Shown here in pieces: positions 25,888-32,000 of a stretch of DNA of 32,000 nucleotides. Made by a program: the position numbers and the translations under genes. The first letter of the stretch is position 1. Each line of letters opens with the position of its first letter. The notes under the pieces were generated by a model that was not told the DNA's origin, searched no databases, and saw nothing but the letters and a program-made list of their open reading frames with translations. The stretch covers positions 1 through 32,000 of the forward strand of contig PRDJ01000033.1 in NCBI GenBank assembly GCA_003345555.1. Direction: 5' to 3'. Source of the DNA: Candidatus Thorarchaeota archaeon. Lineage in GTDB: Archaea; Asgardarchaeota; Thorarchaeia; Thorarchaeales; Thorarchaeaceae.

Positions 25888-26352
25888 TCAATCCTCTTGC
25901 TCCGGAAATGGTTGTTCCCTCCATATCCTAAAAGATTCGTACCAAAGGACAACGCAGACTGACACCAGAAGACCAACCAGAACGGCTGAGTACCATTCAA
26001 TGTAGGAAAGCAGCATGGTGGTCAGTGCAGCTGTGACTGATGTGTAGAAGGTGGCATAGAAAAGAAACCGAGGAACCATCAGTCGACCTTTACCAATGAA
26101 CATTCTCAGCACGCCAACCCTGACGTCGCGCCTCACTGTGTACTGCCCATGGACATCCTTGTCAACAAGACCCAGCTGCCTCAGATGTTCTAGGTGATGC
26201 ATTGAGAGAGAAGGACTGGAAAGCGCAGCCCCTCTCTGAATCTCTCTGGCGGTCATTGGCACGGGATGCCGAAGCATATACCAGTATACACGAAGAGTCC
26301 TGCCCTTTAGCGACTTGACCAGCTCTTCCTCGTCAGGCTCCTCGTCGGGCAT
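25888..26352 (-). CDS. Winged helix-turn-helix transcriptional regulator (ArsR-like) with two C-terminal TM helices
   Basis: LKGRTLRVYWYML...MTAREIQRGAALSSPSLSMHHLEHLRQLGLVDK wHTH, followed by hydrophobic FLFYATFYTSVTAALTTMLL and WYSAVLVGLLVSVCVVLWYE. Confidence 0.85.
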   Translation of the reverse strand: MPDEEPDEEELVKSLKGRTLRVYWYMLRHPVPMTAREIQRGAALSSPSLSMHHLEHLRQLGLVDKDVHGQYTVRRDVRVGVLRMFIGKGRLMVPRFLFYATFYTSVTAALTTMLLSYIEWYSAVLVGLLVSVCVVLWYESFRIWREQPFPEQED

Positions 26353-26404
26353 TACCTAGCACCGCCCCATCATGTTGCCGAACCAATCGTCGCGCTGACT
26401 CTTA

Positions 26405-26419
26405 ACTAATATCTTTCTG
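26405..26419 (-). promoter_or_regulatory. Putative BRE-TATA promoter of the wHTH gene (divergent from kor)
   Basis: Minus strand reads CAGAAAGATATTAGT about 55 nt upstream of ATG 26352; shares CAGAAAGAT with the element at 8251. Confidence 0.45.
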
Positions 26420-26505
26420 AACACACTCATCAGAATCACAAGGTAAGCCTCTTATACCCGCGACTTGACGACCAGTCTGAACGAGACGGAGTCGGTGAGT
26501 AGTCA

Positions 26506-26862
26506 ATGGCTTCCGTGAGAAAACCCATTACACCAAAACCTGTCAGAATGCGAGACAAGGTTCTCGTTATGCTGGAGGAGAGGTGCAAAGGTGATCAGTG
26601 CCAGCTGTGCGTCAGTTTCTGCCCTAAGAACGTCCTCTGTCTGACTGACAAGTACAACCGAAAGGGGTACCATCCAGTCACAGCTTGCGACATCGATGCA
26701 TGCACGAATTGCCAGTTCTGTGAACTAATCTGTCCGGACATGGCGATATATCTCGCTGACAGGGATGAAGCTGAGAAGGTTTTCAAGAGCCACGGGCTGG
26801 AGGAGGGCACCAAGATTCCAGAACTCGAGAATGATGCTGCAAAGGAAGGGGGGACCGACTGA
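26506..26862 (+). CDS. korD: 2-oxoacid:ferredoxin oxidoreductase delta subunit (2x[4Fe-4S] ferredoxin)
   Basis: CKGDQCQLCVSFCP and CTNCQFCELICPDMAI motifs; N-x-KGYHP; first gene of the operon. Confidence 0.88.
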   Translation: MASVRKPITPKPVRMRDKVLVMLEERCKGDQCQLCVSFCPKNVLCLTDKYNRKGYHPVTACDIDACTNCQFCELICPDMAIYLADRDEAEKVFKSHGLEEGTKIPELENDAAKEGGTD

Positions 26863-27999
26863 TTGCCTCGGCGTGAGATTTTTACTATGGGAGACATTGC
26901 CTGCGCGGAAGGCGCGATTAGTGCAGGATGCCGATACTTTGGTGGCTATCCCATAACGCCCGCAACGGAAATCGCTGAGTGGATGGCTGTCAGAATGCCG
27001 GAGGTCGGCGGCGCGTTTGTTCAGTACGAAGATGAGATTGCCTCGATAACAAGCGCGCTGGGTGCTTCGTGGGCCGGGACAAAGGCGATGACTGCTACAT
27101 CCGGCCCCGGTGCAAGTCTCATGATGGAATCAGTTGGTCTTGCAGTCATGACGGAAACCCCAGTTGTTATTGTCAACATAATGAGAGGCGGTCCGAGCAC
27201 AGGTCAGCCCACGCGCGGACAGCAGGGTGATGTATTCCAAGCCAAGTGGGGCAGTCACGGTGACTATCAGATAATCGGACTGACACCGGCTTCAGTCCAA
27301 GAGATGTTCGATTTGACGGTTAGGGCTTTCAATCTCTCTGAGAGGTATAGGGTGCCTGTTTTTGTATTGGCGGACGAAGTCGTTGGGCATATGAGAGAAA
27401 AGCTTGTGATTCCTGACGAAAAAGACCTGAAACTCGTAGACAGGAAGATGCCAACTGTTGACCCCTCGGACTATCTTCCATTCAAGCCAGGCGATGATCT
27501 TGTACCGCCTATGGCATTGCTTGGCACTAAGTACCAGTTCTATGCTACTGGTTTGACGCATGATGAAAGAGGATATCCTACCGACAGCGACGAAGTCCAA
27601 ATCGAGCTGATAACACGGCTCAGTGAAAAAGTGCTCCGTCATGTGTATGATATAATCGACGTGGAGAAGTACATGCTTGATGATGCGGATATTGCAATAG
27701 TGGCGTATGGCACGCCTTCAAGAAGTGCGAGAAAGGCGATCAAAGATGCACGCGCCGAGGGCATCAATGTGGGCATGCTGAGACTGAAGAGCGTATGGCC
27801 ATTTCCGGAGAAAATCGTGTCTGAACTCGGTTCACAGGTCAGGCATATCATAGTCCCGGAGCAGAACATGGGGCAGATCTACTACATGGTCAGGGCATTT
27901 GCAGCGCCAACGCCCATTCACCTGATGACCAAGCCCGCTGGCACACCACAACTACCCGACGAGATACTTCAGAAGATCAAGGAGGTACACTCCCTATGA
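26863..27999 (+). CDS. korA: 2-oxoacid:ferredoxin oxidoreductase alpha subunit (substrate specificity not established)
   Basis: FGGYPITPATEI, EDEIAS, TATSGPG, RGGPSTGQPT, SHGDY, VPEQNMGQ. Confidence 0.93.
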   Translation: MPRREIFTMGDIACAEGAISAGCRYFGGYPITPATEIAEWMAVRMPEVGGAFVQYEDEIASITSALGASWAGTKAMTATSGPGASLMMESVGLAVMTETPVVIVNIMRGGPSTGQPTRGQQGDVFQAKWGSHGDYQIIGLTPASVQEMFDLTVRAFNLSERYRVPVFVLADEVVGHMREKLVIPDEKDLKLVDRKMPTVDPSDYLPFKPGDDLVPPMALLGTKYQFYATGLTHDERGYPTDSDEVQIELITRLSEKVLRHVYDIIDVEKYMLDDADIAIVAYGTPSRSARKAIKDARAEGINVGMLRLKSVWPFPEKIVSELGSQVRHIIVPEQNMGQIYYMVRAFAAPTPIHLMTKPAGTPQLPDEILQKIKEVHSL

Positions 28000-28838
28000 C
28001 GACGGCGCCAGCCACACTCGTGCATCCGATGTCCAAATACATCAGAGAAGATAGGCTGCCTTGGATCTATTGCCCCGGGTGTTCCATCGGGATAGCGACT
28101 GGCATGATAGTGCGGGCCATTGACAACATCGGCCTTGACTTCTCGAAGGTTGTATTTGTGTCGGGGATTGGTTGCAGCGGTCGCACGTCCGGCTACTTCA
28201 AGACAGGAACTTTCCACACGACTCACGGAAGAGCTATTCCATTCGCAACTGGTGTAAAAATCGCGAATCCTGACTTGGAAGTCATAGTGGTTGCGGGCGA
28301 TGGCGATTTGGCCGCCATCGGGGGAAATCATCTCATACACGCTTGCAGGCGTAACATAGACATGACCGTGGTCTGCATAAACAACTGGAACTACGGCATG
28401 ACAGGCGGGCAGTTTGGGCCCACTACAGAACATGAGAAGCTGACTCAAACAAGCCCTCCGCCAATAGGAAACATGGAGCATCCTTTCAATCTCATCAAGC
28501 TCGCTGCGTCGTCAGGTGCGACCTTTGTTGCACGCTGGACTGCCGTCCAGGTCCGCCGAGGTATAACGTCGATAGAGAAAGGAATCAAGAAGAAAGGCTT
28601 CTCATTCATCGAGATTGTCGGTGCCTGCCCCACCGCGTATGGAAGAATGAACAAGCTGGGCGAAGGCGTTGACATGCACAAGCACCTTCTCGAGGTTACA
28701 GACATTCAGAATGGGTTGCCACCACACGAAGCGGAGATTGAATACGATAAGAGGATAGTATGCGGGGAGTTTGTTGACATCGAAAAGCCTGAGTATACGG
28801 ACGTTCTCAAGCAGATGCATGCAAAGGTCAGGAAGTGA
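27996..28838 (+). CDS. korB: 2-oxoacid:ferredoxin oxidoreductase beta (TPP-binding) subunit
   Basis: CPGC, SGIGCSGR, TTHGRA, GDGD...NN TPP motif, YGMTGGQ, CPT. Confidence 0.93.
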   Translation: MTTAPATLVHPMSKYIREDRLPWIYCPGCSIGIATGMIVRAIDNIGLDFSKVVFVSGIGCSGRTSGYFKTGTFHTTHGRAIPFATGVKIANPDLEVIVVAGDGDLAAIGGNHLIHACRRNIDMTVVCINNWNYGMTGGQFGPTTEHEKLTQTSPPPIGNMEHPFNLIKLAASSGATFVARWTAVQVRRGITSIEKGIKKKGFSFIEIVGACPTAYGRMNKLGEGVDMHKHLLEVTDIQNGLPPHEAEIEYDKRIVCGEFVDIEKPEYTDVLKQMHAKVRK

Positions 28839-28843
28839 TTTGC

Positions 28844-29401
28844 ATGAGCCGTTACGAAATAAGAATCGGGGGCTTCGGCGGTCAGGGTATCGTGACGATG
28901 GCCGTGGTGATAGGAGAGTCTTCTTCGCTCTTTGACAAGAAGTATGTTGTACAGACTCAGTCCTACGGTCCTGAAGCCCGAGGTGGGGCGAGCAAAAGCG
29001 AGATAGTCATCAGCGACGAGGAGATCGACTATCCCAAGGTAATAGCTCCTGATGTCTTCATTGCGATGAGTAGGGCCGCGTATCTAGAATACGTTCATGG
29101 TCTGAAAGAGAACGGCGTACTGATAATCGACAGCGATTTAGTGAATGTGGAAAGCGAGTTGCCTCAAGGCGTCAGAGTATACAGGGTACCGGCCACGCGT
29201 ATTGCAGATCAAGAGGTCAGAAGCAAACAGACGACGAATGTTGTAATGATGGGAGCATTCGCAGCCATAACAAAAGCTATCTCTATCGACGGTCTAAGAC
29301 ACCAGATGGAGGAGCGCTGGCCCAAGTTTGTTAAGATCAACCACCTAGCCCTTGAACTGGGAATCAAGGCAGGTGAGAAGGCTCTCGCAGGTGAGTCGTA
29401 A
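28844..29401 (+). CDS. korC: 2-oxoacid:ferredoxin oxidoreductase gamma subunit
   Basis: GGFGGQG, QTQSYGPEARGGAS, NVVMMGA. ATG 28844; alternative GTG 28835. Confidence 0.93.
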   Translation: MSRYEIRIGGFGGQGIVTMAVVIGESSSLFDKKYVVQTQSYGPEARGGASKSEIVISDEEIDYPKVIAPDVFIAMSRAAYLEYVHGLKENGVLIIDSDLVNVESELPQGVRVYRVPATRIADQEVRSKQTTNVVMMGAFAAITKAISIDGLRHQMEERWPKFVKINHLALELGIKAGEKALAGES

Positions 29402-29411
29402 GGTTCTCGGT

Positions 29412-30191
29412 TTACTTGGTGGCTAGAATCGCTGCACCAAGAGCACCAGTTAGCTGAGGCTTTTCTGGTATCCAAAGAGGACTGTCAAGCTGCTTCGATA
29501 GGTAATGACGAAACGCAGAATTGAGAGCGACACCACCTGTTACGCCGATAGGAGTCGTGAGTCCGACTCTCCTCGCAAGAGCGCCAACCTTCGCTGCCAT
29601 GGCTGAATGTGCCCCCGCAGCGATGTCGGCAGGTGCGACACCCGTCCCAATCTTGCCCACGACTTCGCTCTCGGCAAAGACTGTACATGTGCTGCTGATT
29701 GTGCAGGGAGAAGTTGATTGAAGGGCGAGCGGGCCTAGGTCGTCAATCGATACTTCGAGGACCCGAGCCATCACCTCAAGGAATCTGCCCGTGCCCGCGC
29801 TGCATTTGTCATTCAGCTCGAAGTCGGTCGGCCGTCCGTTCGGCCCAATCTTGATTACTTTCGAGTCTTGGCCGCCCACATCTATCAACAGCCGAATGTC
29901 CGCATTCAACGAGTGAACGCCCACGCTATGGCAAGTTATCTCGGTCACGGCCTCGTGAGTGAACTCAACAGACGTCCGTCCGTATCCCGTACTGACGATT
30001 GGGAGACCTGCCAAGTCCTTTCCTGAAGCTTGCGAGAGCTCCTCCAAGACTCTCCGTACAGCGACAGGTGCTGACGAGCCAGTGGGTATCAGCGCACTAG
30101 CAAGAATGGTGCGCGACAAGTCGACAAGCACGCCCTTGGTTGTAGTCGACCCCACATCTAGACCAATCCCCATGGTTGCGCGCTTTGTCAA
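29412..30191 (-). CDS. hgdC: CoA-substrate-specific enzyme activase (HgdC/HadI-type ASKHA ATPase with [4Fe-4S])
   Basis: GLDVGSTTTK, STGYGR, EITCH, DVGGQDSK, NDKCSAGTGRFLE, STCTVFAESE, TGGVA, QLTGALGAA. Confidence 0.92.
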   Translation of the reverse strand: MTKRATMGIGLDVGSTTTKGVLVDLSRTILASALIPTGSSAPVAVRRVLEELSQASGKDLAGLPIVSTGYGRTSVEFTHEAVTEITCHSVGVHSLNADIRLLIDVGGQDSKVIKIGPNGRPTDFELNDKCSAGTGRFLEVMARVLEVSIDDLGPLALQSTSPCTISSTCTVFAESEVVGKIGTGVAPADIAAGAHSAMAAKVGALARRVGLTTPIGVTGGVALNSAFRHYLSKQLDSPLWIPEKPQLTGALGAAILATK

Positions 30192-30202
30192 ATCACTGCC
30201 AC

Positions 30203-31435
30203 CTAGATGAACATCTCAAGTAGTGCATCAATTCTCGTCTGGATTTGTGCATCATTGAAGAGACGGCTATCTACCATGTCGCCCTCTATGACTACACCCG
30301 GCACTCCTGTCCGTTCCATAACGAGTTCCTTCGACACAAGCTGTCCCAGCGAGTATCGTTTGCAGGATCGGACAGAGAACATAATGAAGCCATCAAGTGA
30401 GTATTCCTTGATTAGCTCACACATCTTGTCGACCTTGGCCTCTAAGCCCTTGTTGAGATAGACGTTGGAATACACAGACACAACGCTGTCCACTAGGTCT
30501 GCACCACTGAGCGAGCCCGACCATGCATGAGTGTACGTGTCCGCAGGAAATACCACGCCCCTGGCAGCCAGCCCATTGAAGAAACGAAAGATTGTGAACC
30601 AAGGAGGAATGTCGTCCCAGAGAAGTCGTATCTTCTCGTCCCGGATTGCGCCCAGACCTTGCGCAACTCGTCCCTCCACCTCCTCAAGAAGTGCTTGATA
30701 GAATTCAACCGCAAGTTCTGTCCCACGCAAAGAGACAATAGGCGCCATTGCAAGGAATCTGTCGGCGCAATTCAATGGGCTTGGTCTGTTCCGACAGGCC
30801 TTCAAGCATCGTGTCCACAGGTCAATGCCTTTGCCTGAGAGATTCCCCACTTCTCGAAGGCGCTCTTCTGAGAATGTGGTGTGAAATGTAGTAGACAGAA
30901 AATCGATAAGCCTCATGACACTCTGGCGAACGTACTCCCTATGGTGAGGCGTCTGTTTGCCCTGTGTTGGAGGGGTATCGAAGAGAAAGACAGGTGCTCC
31001 GGTCATCTCAGATATGGCATCATACCATCTCAAGACAGTTCCACAGATGTTGTTGCATGCCAGCAACGCCTGAGGCTTCGGCAGTCCCTCCAGCGGGCTC
31101 TTCTCAGGATAGCGTGCCGCACCTATGCTGGACCGAGCGTATGAACAAAGCTCTTGGGAGTAACCCATCTCCTCTGCAAAGCCGCAAATCTGAGGACCGA
31201 CCTTCTGGGATCCGATGACTGCTCCGTACTGCTCAGGATAATTGACGCCCACGCCCATGGCCACAGGTATCTCAACGGGGAAGCCCGATGTGATCCATGC
31301 CAGCCTTCCATTTTCACTGGCAGCATGGCCCTCCAGCATATACCGAAACATGATTTGCTGCAGGAGTGAATTGGTGCGCAACTGTCTGTAGACCTTTTCT
31401 TCTGTTCTTTTTTCTTGCTCCGCCAATGTCGTCAC
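30203..31435 (-). CDS. 2-hydroxyacyl-CoA dehydratase family subunit (HgdA/HadB- or BcrB-like)
   Basis: AWITSG-x-PVEI, YPEQYGA, three cluster Cys (ELCSYAR, NNICGT, RSCKR), and C-terminal EGDM-x-D-x-R...TR-x-DA. GTG start overlaps the upstream stop. Confidence 0.9.
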   Translation of the reverse strand: MTTLAEQEKRTEEKVYRQLRTNSLLQQIMFRYMLEGHAASENGRLAWITSGFPVEIPVAMGVGVNYPEQYGAVIGSQKVGPQICGFAEEMGYSQELCSYARSSIGAARYPEKSPLEGLPKPQALLACNNICGTVLRWYDAISEMTGAPVFLFDTPPTQGKQTPHHREYVRQSVMRLIDFLSTTFHTTFSEERLREVGNLSGKGIDLWTRCLKACRNRPSPLNCADRFLAMAPIVSLRGTELAVEFYQALLEEVEGRVAQGLGAIRDEKIRLLWDDIPPWFTIFRFFNGLAARGVVFPADTYTHAWSGSLSGADLVDSVVSVYSNVYLNKGLEAKVDKMCELIKEYSLDGFIMFSVRSCKRYSLGQLVSKELVMERTGVPGVVIEGDMVDSRLFNDAQIQTRIDALLEMFI

Positions 31436-32000
31436 CTCTGGTTTCTGGACTTGATAGTTTCAAGGAAGCTCTGGAGGCGAACACCAAGCCGCTCCCGATC
31501 CGAAAGCTCGGGATCAATAGGGAGACGGAGGACAACAACTCCCGACTTCGATGCTGCTGCTTCAAGACTCGGTGCCTCAAACTCATCAGGGTCACAGAAC
31601 GATTGCTCGCATATGACTAGGCCGTCGATAGCCAAGTTTGTTAGAATATCCCTGACAAACGAAAGACGCATCTCAAGACCTTCTTGGGTCGGCTCTAAAG
31701 GAGAGGACAAAATGGATCTTGCGACAGACTCGAATGGATCGCCCTCCATGTCACACGGCCGTGTGAATGCTGTCTTGAAGCCGAATGTGAGAAGATCGAT
31801 GACAAGTGCGTTCTCCGAAATGCCTGCAGCAGACAGGAGAGCAACAAGAGCTCCTGGATCAATCATGCCACCAGCAACGGCTATTCTGGGTGAGTCCGTA
31901 TCATGTGCGAAAGTCAATCGTGTAAGATGCCCTTTCAGCAACTGTTGCCGGATTCTATTGATAGGCTCCAATGATTTCGACTTAGCGAGTGAACGCTGGG
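31432..32000 (-). CDS. 2-hydroxyacyl-CoA dehydratase family second subunit (HgdB/HadC- or BcrC-like); 5' end outside the window
   Basis: Frame stays open to the window edge (..QRSLAKSKSLEPINR..). C-terminal DGLV...FCDP-x-EFE-x-P...R-x-x-x-RLQSFLE pattern. Confidence 0.85.
   Translation of the reverse strand, partial: QRSLAKSKSLEPINRIRQQLLKGHLTRLTFAHDTDSPRIAVAGGMIDPGALVALLSAAGISENALVIDLLTFGFKTAFTRPCDMEGDPFESVARSILSSPLEPTQEGLEMRLSFVRDILTNLAIDGLVICEQSFCDPDEFEAPSLEAAASKSGVVVLRLPIDPELSDRERLGVRLQSFLETIKSRNQR

Noticed and set aside
26850-26870. In-frame TGA between ferredoxin (delta) and alpha subunit as Sec or read-through fusion
   Set aside because: TGA follows a non-conserved acidic tail rather than a Cys-equivalent site, and a purine-rich RBS precedes the TTG start.
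449-31620. Numerous long overlapping ORFs in the track (e.g. 470-892+, 909-1457+, 9442-9954-, 9994-10632-, 15417-15980-, 24169-24726-, 27969-28481-)
   Set aside because: They lie antisense or out of frame to well-supported genes and have no recognisable motifs; typical shadow ORFs.
31700-31830. Missing Cys in the 'D-L-C-x-G' region of the second dehydratase subunit (here DLLTFG) as loss of an Fe-S ligand
   Set aside because: To my knowledge that Cys is not among the three cluster ligands. The FCDP Cys is retained, and the N-terminal ligands are outside the window.
1-32000. CRISPR arrays, tRNA/rRNA genes, IS elements
   Set aside because: No regularly spaced repeats, cloverleaf or rRNA-like segments, or transposase motifs seen by eye. 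Intergenic gaps are mostly under 300 nt. A tRNAscan/Infernal run would be needed to exclude small ncRNAs.

Overview
A gene-dense window from an anaerobic archaeon, dominated by energy and carbon metabolism. Archaeal origin is inferred from BRE/TATA-like promoters, methanogen-type hdrBC, a class IA FBP aldolase and a DUF2096-like gene. The gene mix suggests an Asgard (Thorarchaeia-like) or Bathyarchaeia-like lineage, which is inference only. From left to right: (i) a tightly coupled minus-strand operon of a D-2-hydroxyacid dehydrogenase, an LsrK(AI-2 kinase)-like FGGY kinase and a class II aldolase (truncated by the window edge and absent from the ORF track); (ii) SCP2 lipid-binding protein, SAM methyltransferase, ICMT-like membrane methyltransferase, a small membrane protein, a GPH/MFS transporter and a SRAP (HMCES/YedK) protein; (iii) a ~17-kb heterodisulfide-reductase-rich region with two giant two-FAD-module HdrA proteins (one MvhD-fused), three separate hdrC-hdrB pairs, an FBP aldolase, a DUF2096-like gene, a radical SAM gene with a decayed duplicate of its own 3' end, and a DUF3795 protein; (iv) a membrane-tethered wHTH regulator followed by an anchored surface protein; (v) a four-subunit 2-oxoacid:ferredoxin oxidoreductase operon converging on a 2-hydroxyacyl-CoA dehydratase/activase operon (truncated at the right edge). 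I found no rRNA, tRNA, CRISPR array, transposase or integrase. The most promising leads are the asymmetric tandem HdrA pair with different flavin-site residues and no hydrogenase partner in the window, and the LsrK-like catabolic operon.
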